Shown piece after piece: positions 19,702-30,365 of a stretch of 64,000 nucleotides of DNA (its first letter is position 1; each line of letters opens with the position of its first letter). Below the pieces are notes generated by a model. It had not been told where the DNA came from. It was given only the letters and a program-made list of their open reading frames with translations, and made no database searches. The position numbers and the translations under genes were made by a program. Source of the stretch: Deltaproteobacteria bacterium (GTDB lineage: Bacteria; Desulfobacterota_D; UBA1144; Nemesobacterales; CSP1-2); the NCBI GenBank assembly GCA_052390235.1, contig JBQTHB010000006.1, forward strand, positions 128,001-192,000, read 5' to 3'.

Positions 19702-20406
19702 CTACTTTTTCACCCAATTGCCGTTAGGAAGCTGAACCTCCCAGCCGGCCCTCGCCTCTTCTCTTCTCACGGCGGCAAACTGCTCGCCCGCCTGAGGGAT
19801 GAGGCTTTCAATATTCTCAGGCGTCGAGTCGAGTTTATTAATTTTCACTATAGCCATAGCCATTCCCCTGATGATGACGGCTCTATCGGCATTTTCGGCT
19901 TTGAGCATCACCGCTTCGTCTGCCGCAAGCGCGCCCCTATCGATGAGAAGCCCTTTATTTCCCTCCCCCGCTTTGCCGGCTGAGGACAGCGCCCCTATCG
20001 CCTCAAGCCGCCCGCTTCTCCTACGGAATGCCTCAAGCACATCGGGCATTTTACGGATTTCTGCTATTATCTGCGCCGAGATGTTATCCGTAGCCCAAGC
20101 GGGAGCGGCTATGTCAATTGAGAATCTCTTTTTGAGTCGGATGATTTTTCTCGATTCAAGCTGAGGCTTATCGGGATATTTCAGGGCTTGAGGCTCGGCT
20201 TTGGGACTATCCGAAGGGGCTTTGCTCTCAGGCTTGGGGGCTTCTTCGGCGGGAGATTTTAGGAATTCCCCCTCGAGGCTCTTATAGGCGTCCTTCACCT
20301 CTTCGGCGGGGAAGTAGATATTCACCGTTACAATGGCGCATGAGGCGAGATGAAAAAAAGCCGCAAGCGCCGCGAATTGGAAAGTAATCCTCGCAATTTT
20401 TGACAT
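19702..20406 (-). CDS. DUF1318/YdbL-like lipoprotein
   Basis: Lipobox LASC followed by VTVNIYFPA; C-terminal GEGNKGLL...ENADR...QLPNGNW. Confidence 0.75.
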   Translation of the reverse strand: MSKIARITFQFAALAAFFHLASCAIVTVNIYFPAEEVKDAYKSLEGEFLKSPAEEAPKPESKAPSDSPKAEPQALKYPDKPQLESRKIIRLKKRFSIDIAAPAWATDNISAQIIAEIRKMPDVLEAFRRRSGRLEAIGALSSAGKAGEGNKGLLIDRGALAADEAVMLKAENADRAVIIRGMAMAIVKINKLDSTPENIESLIPQAGEQFAAVRREEARAGWEVQLPNGNWVKK

Positions 20407-20409
20407 AGT

Positions 20410-23400
20410 TCAGTTCACCTCTCTATTCTTTTTCTCAAATTCGATTTGCAAATCACCCTCGCTCGCCCTCTTAGTGGTCTCTCTCATAACCGACAGAAAG
20501 TGCGAAAGAGAGATGGAATTGCGTTTTGAATCTACGCTTATAGATAAATCCTTTAAACCGAGGATTCCGCGCGAGAGTTCAAGTTTCTTAAACGTGATGA
20601 AGCCGTCTTTCATATAGCCGTAAATCTGCCCGTTATTGTACTTGCGCGCCGAGCGGAGAACGAGCTTTTCTTTCACTCCGAGCTTCTGAAGTAGCGCCTT
20701 GCCGATTTTCCTCGGTTCGCTTGAGCCTATAGCCCAGAGATTAAACGAGCCGTCAACGGCGTTTAAATCGCCGCTCTCGCCCTTGAGCCAAGAAATTCCA
20801 TTGACTCTGCCCGTGATATAGTCCCTGCCGGATGGCACTGCGCCGGAGATTTTATCGAGGCTCACGCGGCTAAAGAGGAGCGAGAGATTATATTTAAGCC
20901 CCTCCGGCGCGAAGTCGAATCCCCCCGTGGCAAAAGCCTCGCCCCCGTAGAGCTTCGATTCAAGCCTCTTTAGGTTCAGGCCGCCGCCGCTTAATTCAAG
21001 CTCGCATTCTATATCTTCTATCCTGAAAAATCCATACTCAATTTCCCGGATGCGGAGAAAATCCCCGCCGCTAGATGGGGCTTTGGCATCTTCGGCGTTT
21101 AGAAACTCAAGAAAATCGTCAAATGTCGTTTTATAGAGCTTCGGGGATTTGGCGATGGTAAAAAAAGGATTTTGGGATTTTACCGTGTCGCGGAGGGTAA
21201 TAGCGCCGTTTACGCCTCCAATCCGTATGCCCGCCCCTCCATTCGCCGCGCTCTCGAAGGATACGTCTGTGATTTTGAGGCTTCCCCGCCACCCGCTCTC
21301 GGTTTCATCGGCAGGGGGGACGGAGGTCAGGCTGAGGCTCAAATCCCCTTTGAGGGCGCCGTCCGCAAAAGCCGGAATAACGGGGCTAAGGGCGTTCTTT
21401 AGAAATGCCATGGGAATCCTAGGCAGGTTGATAGCAAAGCTCCTATTGTCATTAAGCGGATTTTCCACAGCGCCTATCAATTTAATCCCCTCCCCTCCCG
21501 ACTCCTCTATAAACCCGCTCTTAATGCTAAGGGTTTCACCGGAGGCTTCAAGCTCAATCTCACCCCGAAGCGAGGAGGAAGACACTCCGCCCTGTTTAAT
21601 ATCAAGCCCGCGAAATCCAATCTTCCCGCCGCCCTTGGGCAAGAGGCCCTCTCCCAGTTCACCGGCGAAGTCCACACCCACGCTCTCTAAGGCAAAATTA
21701 ATCCCTCCCGATGCAAAGGACGCCCCATCGAGCCTAAGCCGGGAGTCAACCCAAATGGGCGAGGATTCGGCGACCCTCACCGAGGCTCCCCCGCCGATAC
21801 TGCCCCCCATAAACTCCCCCGAAACGGCTTCTACCTCAATTCGGCTCTCGAAGGATTTCACCCGCGCCGAGAGTTTCTTTATCGGCATAAACGCAGTGGC
21901 TATCTCCTCGGCAGAGAGATTCGCGCTCCATCTAATCTCGTTTGCCGCCGAGTAGAAATTAAAATCCCCTTTGACGCCGCCGCCGTAAACGCGCCCGCCT
22001 AGGGTTTTAAAATCCGCCCCCGCGAATCCGAGCCTGTAGGGGATGTTCTGCTCCTTGTTTCCGAGGAGTAGTTCGAGCTTTTGGGCGGAAATCTCCCCGT
22101 AGCGCTCAAGCTCGGCTTTGAGATTGCCGAGAGCAACCGAGCCGCTTTGGTATTTGAAATCCGAGGAGAGAGCGGGAAAGATGAGCGTTTTGAACTCTCC
22201 CCGCTCTGCGGCAACGCTTCCTGAAAAGCTGAGCCGCCCACTGCCGCCGCCCTCCCCTCGGAGTAGCCCTCGAAACTGTCCAAGCGAGACCTGCTCCTGA
22301 GGGATTCGCAGAGCCGCCCCATTGACGGAAATTTCAGTCGTCCACTCGCCGCCGCGTTCGAGGTTAAATTCTAATTTCTCGCCGTCGGCTTTTTCTGCGT
22401 GGATTTCTCCGTAGGAGACCTTTGCCAGCCGTAATTTGGGCGCGCCGATTTTGATGCCGCCCCCTGTTTTAGACAGAGAAATTCGGACCGGCAAAGGGGC
22501 ATCGGCTTTGGAAATTGATAGCCCCTCGCCGCTTTCGAGCCTCAATTTGAAATCCCGAATCTCAAAGGAAGCCTCAGATGTGAATTCGTCCATATCTCGG
22601 CTCTCGAAACCCGCATCAAGCGAGTCAACTATGCCCCTAATGCCCGCAAGCGGCGAGTCGCCCGGGATTTTATTCAAATCGAGATTCGAGGCAGAGAGCC
22701 TGCCCGCGATACTGCGCGATGCGGCGGAAAATGTATATTTGCCCCCTAAGTTGACGCGCCCTCCGAGAGCAGACGCCTCAAAATCCACAAGCGATAGCGC
22801 GCCGCCAATCCCTTGGCGCGAGGTGAAAGCGACCCTTCCCTGCGCGCCGCCGGATTTTCCCAGATGCAGAGTCTCGGCGGATTTCAGGCGGAGCGATGCG
22901 CGGGCGGCGAAATCCTCCGCAGGTTCGGACAAGGGCTTCTCGGCGGTAAATTCCCCCTCAATTCCTTGGATGAAATAGCCGCTCTCGGCGCTGCGAATAT
23001 CCCCTCCAGCAATGCGCCCACCGACAGTTAAGGCGAGGGTCGCCTCGGCAGGGGAGCCGGACAGTTTTACGTAATCCGTGAGAATCAGCCCGCTCATCTG
23101 AACGCTAGATAGAGCGGGAATAAAGCGCGGGAGGTTTTCAAGCTGAATTGGGTCAATTCTGCCCTGAATATCAAATATTCCCCCGGTTTTGACCCCCCGC
23201 ACCGCGCCCCAGAATGACGCAGAAATCAGCTCGTCCGCCTCAAAAATCAGAGAATCGAGCGAGGCGGCGTCGGTTTTCGGGTCATATTTCGCCTCGTACC
23301 GGATTTTCCCCGCAAGCCGCCCCTCGCCCGCAGGAGCACCCTCGTAGCGCCGCAAATCAATCTCCCCTTGAGAGGTTACGCCGTCCGCGATGCGAAATGC

Positions 23401-24105
23401 AAATCTCGATGAGAGGGAAAACTCCCCACGAGCAATTGCCACGGATACGGTATCAGCGACCAGCCGCGGGATGGTTATTTTGACCTCCCCGCTCGGAGCG
23501 GGCGAAAATGGATACGCGACCCCGACGATAGAGACCTCATTGCCAAGGGCGGCGATGGAGGCTTGGATGTTTATCGCTCTATCTTCCTCGGAGGGGGCGT
23601 CGGCTAAAGCGAGGGCAATTTGTTTTATCTCGACTTGGGGGAGGCGCGCAATTCGGGCGTCTCGGATTTGGAGGCGGCGCACTTCGATAGGAAACGATTT
23701 TTTATCGTCTCCGCGGTCGCCCATGAGGTTAATTATGCCGTCGAGTTCTCTTTTATCGAGAGAGAAAACGGGCTTCTCAATTACGATTTCCTGAATCTTT
23801 ATCTTCAAATCTAGAATTGAAGCCAAAATCGCCGGCTCGAAGACGAGCCTTCCCACGGTAAGTATCGGGTCGGCAATGTTAAGCGGGTTTGAAATCTCGA
23901 TTTCACTGCCCCGAAAGCCGGAGAATAAGCCGAAATCAATATCGCCGACTTTGACTTTATATCCCGTGTTCTCGGAGAACCGCTCGAGATAGCCGCGCAC
24001 CTGGGCGGGGAGAATAAATTTCAGCACAATCAGCAGTGAGATAACCAGCGCCGATAGAGCCAGAGCCGATGCGATAGCGAGATTTTTAACCCTTGAGCGG
24101 CGCAT
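20410..24105 (-). CDS. AsmA/YdbH-like intermembrane bridge protein
   Basis: 1231 aa, single N-terminal TM anchor, Gly-rich repeated beta-strand pattern, directly upstream of the YdbL-like gene. Confidence 0.7.
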   Translation of the reverse strand: MRRSRVKNLAIASALALSALVISLLIVLKFILPAQVRGYLERFSENTGYKVKVGDIDFGLFSGFRGSEIEISNPLNIADPILTVGRLVFEPAILASILDLKIKIQEIVIEKPVFSLDKRELDGIINLMGDRGDDKKSFPIEVRRLQIRDARIARLPQVEIKQIALALADAPSEEDRAINIQASIAALGNEVSIVGVAYPFSPAPSGEVKITIPRLVADTVSVAIARGEFSLSSRFAFRIADGVTSQGEIDLRRYEGAPAGEGRLAGKIRYEAKYDPKTDAASLDSLIFEADELISASFWGAVRGVKTGGIFDIQGRIDPIQLENLPRFIPALSSVQMSGLILTDYVKLSGSPAEATLALTVGGRIAGGDIRSAESGYFIQGIEGEFTAEKPLSEPAEDFAARASLRLKSAETLHLGKSGGAQGRVAFTSRQGIGGALSLVDFEASALGGRVNLGGKYTFSAASRSIAGRLSASNLDLNKIPGDSPLAGIRGIVDSLDAGFESRDMDEFTSEASFEIRDFKLRLESGEGLSISKADAPLPVRISLSKTGGGIKIGAPKLRLAKVSYGEIHAEKADGEKLEFNLERGGEWTTEISVNGAALRIPQEQVSLGQFRGLLRGEGGGSGRLSFSGSVAAERGEFKTLIFPALSSDFKYQSGSVALGNLKAELERYGEISAQKLELLLGNKEQNIPYRLGFAGADFKTLGGRVYGGGVKGDFNFYSAANEIRWSANLSAEEIATAFMPIKKLSARVKSFESRIEVEAVSGEFMGGSIGGGASVRVAESSPIWVDSRLRLDGASFASGGINFALESVGVDFAGELGEGLLPKGGGKIGFRGLDIKQGGVSSSSLRGEIELEASGETLSIKSGFIEESGGEGIKLIGAVENPLNDNRSFAINLPRIPMAFLKNALSPVIPAFADGALKGDLSLSLTSVPPADETESGWRGSLKITDVSFESAANGGAGIRIGGVNGAITLRDTVKSQNPFFTIAKSPKLYKTTFDDFLEFLNAEDAKAPSSGGDFLRIREIEYGFFRIEDIECELELSGGGLNLKRLESKLYGGEAFATGGFDFAPEGLKYNLSLLFSRVSLDKISGAVPSGRDYITGRVNGISWLKGESGDLNAVDGSFNLWAIGSSEPRKIGKALLQKLGVKEKLVLRSARKYNNGQIYGYMKDGFITFKKLELSRGILGLKDLSISVDSKRNSISLSHFLSVMRETTKRASEGDLQIEFEKKNREVN

Positions 24106-24155
24106 ACCTCAGATATTATATTGACAATTTCGGGGTTTAGGAACGGGCTTTAGAA

Positions 24156-24560
24156 TCAGTTGGTCTTGGCAACGCGCTCGTCTCTGCGGAGAACGTCTTC
24201 AACGGCGCGGGCTTTGATGACGTTTTTGAACTTAAAAAGGGCGTAGCGTCTCTCTTTTTTGAATTTCCCCGTAACTATCAGCCTATCGCCTTTAGCCACA
24301 TCGAGCCGCCCCTTGGTATAGACGCCGATGGAGTTTTTCTCTGCGTCTATAAGGCTAAATAGCGTGTAATGGTCTCCCGAAGGGACTGTGTAGTGCTTCA
24401 GTTTTTCAATCACTCCCTCGACCGAAATCACCTTGCCGTCGTACTGGCGCGGGTCGGACACAACCGATTCAATTTCAATTGGGCTTTTAACCTCTTCGGC
24501 GCTCAAATTAACTATGGATGAAATCGCCAACACCGCAATTAATACAAACTGTCTGAGCAT
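24156..24560 (-). CDS. Exported OB-fold-like protein
   Basis: Signal peptide; YDGKVISVEGVI...GDRLIVTGKF pattern. Confidence 0.6.
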   Translation of the reverse strand: MLRQFVLIAVLAISSIVNLSAEEVKSPIEIESVVSDPRQYDGKVISVEGVIEKLKHYTVPSGDHYTLFSLIDAEKNSIGVYTKGRLDVAKGDRLIVTGKFKKERRYALFKFKNVIKARAVEDVLRRDERVAKTN

Positions 24561-24763
24561 AGCCTGCGCTCCCTCCTTTTAGCGTTTTGGATGAATTCAC
24601 TGATGTTTGGGATTCACTGTCGGCAATTAAATCCGATGCTATAAACTACCTAAAGTGCGGTTTGGTTGCAATTGAGAACTAGCCAGGGACAAACCGGAAT
24701 TGACAATAAAACTTGGAGATTAAATAATTAACCTCTAACCAATCCCCAGAAGGAGATAAAAAG

Positions 24764-26467
24764 TTGAAAAAGAAATCCCCCGCGCCGCCTGAACATAACC
24801 CTCGCAAGCACTCTTCGATTTACGTCGAAGGCGCAGACCGCGCCCCAAGCCGGGCGATGCTCCGCGCCGTAGGGTTTCGGGACGAGGACTTTAAAAAACC
24901 CGTAGTCGGCATCGCATCCACTTGGAGCATGGTAACCCCGTGTAATATGCACATTGACAAGCTCGCCCTCGAAGCCGCTAAAGGGGCGGACGGAGCGGGG
25001 GGAAAGGCGATAATTTTCAATACCATTACCGTGTCGGATGGGATTTCCATGGGGACTCCGGGGATGCGTTATTCGCTCGTATCGCGCGAGGTCATAGCGG
25101 ATTCGATTGAAACCGTTACGGCTGGGGAAGGATTCGACGGGCTTGTCGCCATCGGCGGATGCGATAAAAATATGCCCGGATGCCTGATGGCAATGGCGCG
25201 GATGAATCGCCCTTCGGTGTTCGTATATGGGGGAACGATAATGCCGGGGATGCACTGCGGAAAGCCGGTTGACGTGGTTTCTGTGTTTGAAGCGGTCGGG
25301 GCGCACGCGAACAAAACGATAAACGACGAAGAACTCAAGGCGATAGAATCCTGCGCCATTCCGGGCCCCGGCTCCTGCGGAGGGATGTACACGGCAAACA
25401 CCATGGCTTCTGCGATTGAGGCGCTGGGGATGAGCCTTCCCAACAGCTCGGCCCAGGCGGCAATATCCACAGAGAAAAACATGGACTGCTCCGGGGCAGG
25501 AGCGGCCGTGATGAATCTGATTAAAAATAATATCCGTCCGCGAGATATTATGACGAGAAAAGCGTTTGAGAACGCGATCTCGGTCGTCATCGCCCTCGGC
25601 GGGTCAACAAATGCCGTGCTGCATCTCCTAGCAATGGCCCATGCGGCGGGGGTAAAGCTCTCGATAGACGACTTCAACCGCATCGGGAGCAAGCGTCCCG
25701 TGCTTGCAGACCTCAAACCGAGCGGCAAATATTTTATGTCTCAATTCTGCCAAATCGGCGGGCTTTCTCCGCTTTTGAAAATTATGCTCGACAGAGGACT
25801 CCTCCACGGCGACTGCCTAACGGTTACGGGCAGAACCCTCGAGGAGAACCTAAAGAGCGTAAAACCGTATCCGAAGAAGCAGGGAATTATAGCCCCATTT
25901 GAAAATCCGATAAAAAAAGACAGCCACATCGTGGTTCTGCGCGGCAACCTCGCCCCAGAAGGGGCAGTCGCTAAAATCACAGGCAAAGAGGGACTCTCGT
26001 TCACCGGAAAAGCCATCGTATTTGACTCCGAAGAGGAATCCCTCAAGGCGATACTGTCGGGCAGGGTGAAGAAGGGACACGTCATCGTTATACGCTACGA
26101 GGGGCCCAAAGGGGGACCCGGGATGCGCGAGATGCTAAGCCCCACCTCGGCTGTAATAGGCAGGGGGCTTGGCAGCGACGTCGCACTCATCACCGATGGC
26201 AGATTCTCAGGCGGCACTCACGGATTCGTAGTCGGACACATCACCCCTGAGGCGGCTGAAGGCGGCGCGTTAGCGGTAGTAAAAAACGGGGACGAGATAA
26301 CAATTGACGCAAAGAGGCGAGAGATCATCCTAGGGGTGTCAGATGCAGAGATCGGGCGGCGGCTCGGCGAGTGGAAAAAGCCCAAACCCAAAGAAACCCG
26401 CGGAGCGCTTGCCAAATATGCAAAACTCGTAAGCTCGGCGTCCGAAGGGGCGGTAACGGATAAGTGA
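24764..26467 (+). CDS. ilvD: Dihydroxy-acid dehydratase
   Basis: [45 protein letters not shown]. Confidence 0.98.
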   Translation: MKKKSPAPPEHNPRKHSSIYVEGADRAPSRAMLRAVGFRDEDFKKPVVGIASTWSMVTPCNMHIDKLALEAAKGADGAGGKAIIFNTITVSDGISMGTPGMRYSLVSREVIADSIETVTAGEGFDGLVAIGGCDKNMPGCLMAMARMNRPSVFVYGGTIMPGMHCGKPVDVVSVFEAVGAHANKTINDEELKAIESCAIPGPGSCGGMYTANTMASAIEALGMSLPNSSAQAAISTEKNMDCSGAGAAVMNLIKNNIRPRDIMTRKAFENAISVVIALGGSTNAVLHLLAMAHAAGVKLSIDDFNRIGSKRPVLADLKPSGKYFMSQFCQIGGLSPLLKIMLDRGLLHGDCLTVTGRTLEENLKSVKPYPKKQGIIAPFENPIKKDSHIVVLRGNLAPEGAVAKITGKEGLSFTGKAIVFDSEEESLKAILSGRVKKGHVIVIRYEGPKGGPGMREMLSPTSAVIGRGLGSDVALITDGRFSGGTHGFVVGHITPEAAEGGALAVVKNGDEITIDAKRREIILGVSDAEIGRRLGEWKKPKPKETRGALAKYAKLVSSASEGAVTDK

Positions 26468-26498
26468 TTCAGGATGAGAGATATTATTAGGGGCGCGC

Positions 26499-27587
26499 CT
26501 ACGCCCGGCTGAGTTGATAGAGCAGGTTTTTCAGGTGCTTCGAGCCTGAAATCTCAATCCGGCTTTTAATCTCAATCCAGTTCCCTAGCGAGCTTCTGAG
26601 AAACACATTGACAATTTCGGGGTCGAACTGCGTGCCTGATGATTTGGCTATCTCTTCTATAGCCTTGCCAAAGGGCATGGCTTTTCTATATGGGCGGTCG
26701 CTTGTCATGGCGTCTAGGGCGTCAATCACCGAAAATATCCTCGCTCCGATGGGGATTTGCTCGCCCGCAAGCCCGCCGTTGTATCCCCTGCCGTCAAAGC
26801 GCTCGTGATGGGTAAGCACAATTTTCGCGGACGGCTCAAGGAACTCTATCTGCTTTAAAATGTTATAGCCCGAAACGGGATGAGTCCTCATGACCTGCCA
26901 CTCGTCTTTAGTTAGCTCTCCGGGTTTGAGCAAAATGGAGTCGGGAATGCCTATTTTGCCGATGTCGTGCAGGAGCGCTCCCATCGCAATCACGGACAGG
27001 TCGGCGCTGGAGAGGCTCATCTGCTTGGCGAGGTTAATGGCGTATTCAGTCACCCTGTAGGAGTGATGGCTCGTTCCGTGTTCCCTGAGGTCGAGCGTGA
27101 GAACTAGCGCCTCAAGGGTGTCCGAGTAGATGCCGACGAGCTTTTTAGTCTGCTGAATCACTTTTTTTTCGAGATTTTCCTGATAATCGCGGTTTTCTCT
27201 GATGAGTCTCGACCTCTCGGCGGCGCGCCCGATGACGGCTTTAACCTCGTCAACGTCGAAGGGCTTGAATATGTAGTCGTAAGCCCCTTCCCGTAGGGCG
27301 AGCCTCAAATCTTCGGTGTCTCTGGACGCGGAGACCATTATAGGGGAAACCCCAGAATGAGATTTGAGCCTTATCAGAGTTTGGAGTCCGTTTAAATTGG
27401 GCATGTGAATATCCAAAAGCACGATAGTTATCTCTGCGTCCGATGAGATTTTCTCAAGGCACTCGGCGCCGTCTTTGGCCGTACCGCAGTCATGGCCCAT
27501 CTCTTCGAGTATATCGTTGAGGAGGGATCTTATAATCTCTTCGTCGTCTACAATGAGTATTTTTTCTCTGCTGCGCAAAACCGGCAT
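26499..27587 (-). CDS. Response regulator with HD-GYP phosphodiesterase domain
   Basis: REC domain (LIVDDE, LLDIHMP, KPF) plus LHDIGK and HHERFDGRGYN. Confidence 0.92.
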   Translation of the reverse strand: MPVLRSREKILIVDDEEIIRSLLNDILEEMGHDCGTAKDGAECLEKISSDAEITIVLLDIHMPNLNGLQTLIRLKSHSGVSPIMVSASRDTEDLRLALREGAYDYIFKPFDVDEVKAVIGRAAERSRLIRENRDYQENLEKKVIQQTKKLVGIYSDTLEALVLTLDLREHGTSHHSYRVTEYAINLAKQMSLSSADLSVIAMGALLHDIGKIGIPDSILLKPGELTKDEWQVMRTHPVSGYNILKQIEFLEPSAKIVLTHHERFDGRGYNGGLAGEQIPIGARIFSVIDALDAMTSDRPYRKAMPFGKAIEEIAKSSGTQFDPEIVNVFLRSSLGNWIEIKSRIEISGSKHLKNLLYQLSRA

Positions 27588-27823
27588 CCTGCTAAGTAGT
27601 TATCTCGGGTCAACTTTAGTTTTACAACGCATTTGTGCTTTTTTCAATAGAATGGGCTAAGAATTTGGGTATTTCAATCCTCAATAAAGACCCCGAAGCC
27701 CGCGCGCAAAAAGAGCGAACACCCAGCAATATCATTGCCCGCCTCGTCTTTGACATTTTAACTTGAATATGTAAAATGCCTGTTCCTGTTAACGAATTCT
27801 TAATAAAGAGAGAGGATGGAATA

Positions 27824-28228
27824 TTGAAGGCCCTAGGGAGGCATCTTCTAGTGGAATACCACGGGTGTAACCCTCAAACATTGAACAACTTGGAGAAGAT
27901 TCAAGCGTTTATGGTTGAAGCCGCTTCCCAGTGCGGAGCTACAGTGCTTGGGAGCTCGTTTCACTATTTCTCCCCTCAGGGCGTGAGCGGCGTAGTGGTC
28001 ATTGCTGAGTCCCATCTATCCATTCACACTTGGCCCGAATACGAGTATGCGGCCGTAGATGTGTTTACCTGCGGCGGAACGGTTGACCCTTGGGCGGCTT
28101 TTCATTATCTAAAATCGGCGCTGGACTCAAGCGAGAGTTCCGCAAGAGACCTCCGGCGAGGAGAGATTTCCCCTCAAACCGAGAGGCAGGCAAGGAAGCG
28201 AAAACTCCAGTCCATAAAAGCGGACTAG
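27824..28228 (+). CDS. speD: S-adenosylmethionine decarboxylase proenzyme (start moved to TTG 27824)
   Basis: MKALGRHLL start; [11 protein letters not shown] self-cleavage motif; DVFTCG; promoter TTGACA-16-TAAAAT at 27750-27777. Confidence 0.9.
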   Translation: MKALGRHLLVEYHGCNPQTLNNLEKIQAFMVEAASQCGATVLGSSFHYFSPQGVSGVVVIAESHLSIHTWPEYEYAAVDVFTCGGTVDPWAAFHYLKSALDSSESSARDLRRGEISPQTERQARKRKLQSIKAD

Positions 28229-28360
28229 CAATCGGCGCGCCCCCCTGCAATCCCACCAGAGCGAAGCCCCGGGCAATAGCATCCTATCCTGAATTAGAAT
28301 TGAGTAAAATCGCGAAAAGGAGGGAAACGTCCGTGCGAGTCCCCCGCCTTTATTGGGGTT

Positions 28361-28690
28361 TTATATAACTTTTAGAATCAGTTTTTCAATTTCGGATTTG
28401 GGCACAGCCCCCACGACCTGATGCTGAGCCTTGCCGTCTTTGAACACTATGAGAGTGGGAATGCTTCTTATGCCGAATTTCGTTGTAATCTGCTGGTTTT
28501 GGTCAACATTGACCTTGCCCACTTTGACCCTGCCCGAATAGGAGGTTGCAATTTCGTCAACCACCGGGGCAAGCGCTCTGCACGGGCCGCACCACGGAGC
28601 CCAGAAATCCACAAGCACGGGCGTTTCGCTCTTTAGAACCTCGGCTTCAAAGGTCGAATCCTGAATCTCAATTATTTCTGCGCTTGCCAT
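28361..28690 (-). CDS. trxA: Thioredoxin
   Basis: WAPWCGPC active site. Confidence 0.98.
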   Translation of the reverse strand: MASAEIIEIQDSTFEAEVLKSETPVLVDFWAPWCGPCRALAPVVDEIATSYSGRVKVGKVNVDQNQQITTKFGIRSIPTLIVFKDGKAQHQVVGAVPKSEIEKLILKVI

Positions 28691-28822
28691 TTAAGTATGA
28701 CCTCTCCTTAAATTTATTAGAATTGAACGTGCCATGTATTATAGTCGTTTGAGTCGGCGATGCAAGTATCACGAGGGTCTTAACGGATTTTTAACTTATC
28801 AAAAGAGGTAGAACTCAAGTAA

Positions 28823-30049
28823 ATGACTCTGCGCTCGCTTTATGTGGATTTCAACTCATATTTTGCCTCTGTAGAGCAGGAGGAAAACCCCGCCCTGCGC
28901 GGCAGACCCGTCGGGGTCGTGCCAGTTGAAGCCGAAACGACCTGCTTCATTGCCGCAAGCTACGAGGCAAAAAAGTTCGGCGTCCGAACCGGCACACGCG
29001 TCGCCAAGGGGAGAGTGCTCTGCCCCGGCATCCGCATAATTCCAGCTCGTCCAGCGATTTATGTACAGTACCACCGAAGACTCGTCGAGGCGGTTGAATC
29101 TTGCATCCCCGTTGAGAGAGTCCTGTCAATTGACGAGATGTACTGCGAGCTTACCGGAAGCTCCCAACATCGGGAACGCGCCCTTGCCATCGCCGCTCTC
29201 ATCAAAAAAACCGTAGCCCAGAGAGTAGGGGTACATCTTCGCTCATCCATAGGCATCGCCCCAAACGTGTATCTCGCTAAAACGGCAACCGATATGCAAA
29301 AGCCCGACGGATGCGTTGTAATTGACGATGCGGATTTGCCCGGTTGTCTCTACCGGCTCAATCTCACAGACCTGTGCGGCGTTGGAGCGGCAATGGAGAG
29401 TCGTCTGAATAGATTGGGCATAAGAAGCGTTAAAGAGCTATGTGAAGCCGAGCGGGGGGTATTAAAAAAGGCGTGGGGAGGGATCGAAGGAGAGCGGATG
29501 TATGAGCGTATCAGGGGGAAAACCCATCATCCCGCGCCCGCTTCCCAGAAATCAACCCTCGGACACTCGCATATGCTTCCCCCGGAACTGCGCTCTGGCG
29601 AAGGGGCGAGCGCGGCGCTATATAAATTAATCCAGAAAGCGGCGGCGAGGCTTAGGAGTTACGGTCTTTTGGCGGGGAGGCTGTCCATTGCGCTGAAAGA
29701 TGTAAACGGCGGCGTATGGGAGGATGAAATCCGCTTCGAGCCAACCGCCGATACGCTCGAATTTTTAACCGCCCTCAAGAGCGCAATGGCTAAACGTCCG
29801 AGGACGAAAATAGCCCCGCTGAAAGTCTCAGTTACGCTCTCGAATCTCGGCGAGGCAAAAAATCGCCAGCTTCTACTTTTCAGCGACTGCCGGAATCGGG
29901 AAAACCTCAACGCCGCAATTGACAGCATTAATCTGCGCTACGGGGCAAATACCGTATATTTCGGCGGCGCGTCGCTTGGACTGAATGCCGCTCCCATGAG
30001 AATCGCCTTTAACCACATCCCGGATTTAAGCATCGAGGGCGATGACTAG
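28823..30049 (+). CDS. Y-family DNA polymerase (DinB/UmuC-like)
   Basis: YVDFNSYFASVE, AASYEAK, SIDE, KPDG; clamp-binding-like QLLLF near the C-terminus. Confidence 0.92.
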   Translation: MTLRSLYVDFNSYFASVEQEENPALRGRPVGVVPVEAETTCFIAASYEAKKFGVRTGTRVAKGRVLCPGIRIIPARPAIYVQYHRRLVEAVESCIPVERVLSIDEMYCELTGSSQHRERALAIAALIKKTVAQRVGVHLRSSIGIAPNVYLAKTATDMQKPDGCVVIDDADLPGCLYRLNLTDLCGVGAAMESRLNRLGIRSVKELCEAERGVLKKAWGGIEGERMYERIRGKTHHPAPASQKSTLGHSHMLPPELRSGEGASAALYKLIQKAAARLRSYGLLAGRLSIALKDVNGGVWEDEIRFEPTADTLEFLTALKSAMAKRPRTKIAPLKVSVTLSNLGEAKNRQLLLFSDCRNRENLNAAIDSINLRYGANTVYFGGASLGLNAAPMRIAFNHIPDLSIEGDD

Positions 30050-30154
30050 CGAGAGGTACCGAGGCGGAGGGCGGGGAATGTGCGGGCTGGATACGAAATA
30101 CCGCTCAATCCGAAAGGGGCGCGGATTCGGGAATTTCGAGGGAATTACGCAGAC

Positions 30155-30182
30155 TTGCAACATCTCTTCTATTTGATATAAT
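30155..30182 (+). promoter_or_regulatory. Sigma70-type promoter of hppA
   Basis: TTGCAA-16 nt-TATAAT with extended -10 TG. Confidence 0.65.
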
Positions 30183-30365
30183 TGTTCGGCTCTAAAAGTC
30201 CGGCGGAGCGGTTTTGCGCATAATTAATACTGGGCCGAGCCGGGTACGCGCAGATTAATAGCCCTCATCCTAATAAAAATCCTAGAGACTAAACGTGTGC
30301 GGCGAATATAACCATTTGAGAAATTCTAATAAGTTATCAAATAACTGACTTAAGGAGGATGAGAG

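Noticed and set aside
21149..21955. Long antisense ORFs (e.g. 21149-21955, 25069-25728, 49048-49764, 54525-55169)
   Set aside because: They lie opposite well-supported genes and carry no recognisable motifs; expected shadow ORFs
27776..27823. ORF-track ATG start for speD
   Set aside because: It overlaps the predicted -10 element; the family-typical start is TTG 27824 behind an SD
28809..28822. LexA/SOS box before the Y-family polymerase (GAAC-N4-GTAA)
   Set aside because: Only a half match; the lineage's LexA motif is unknown
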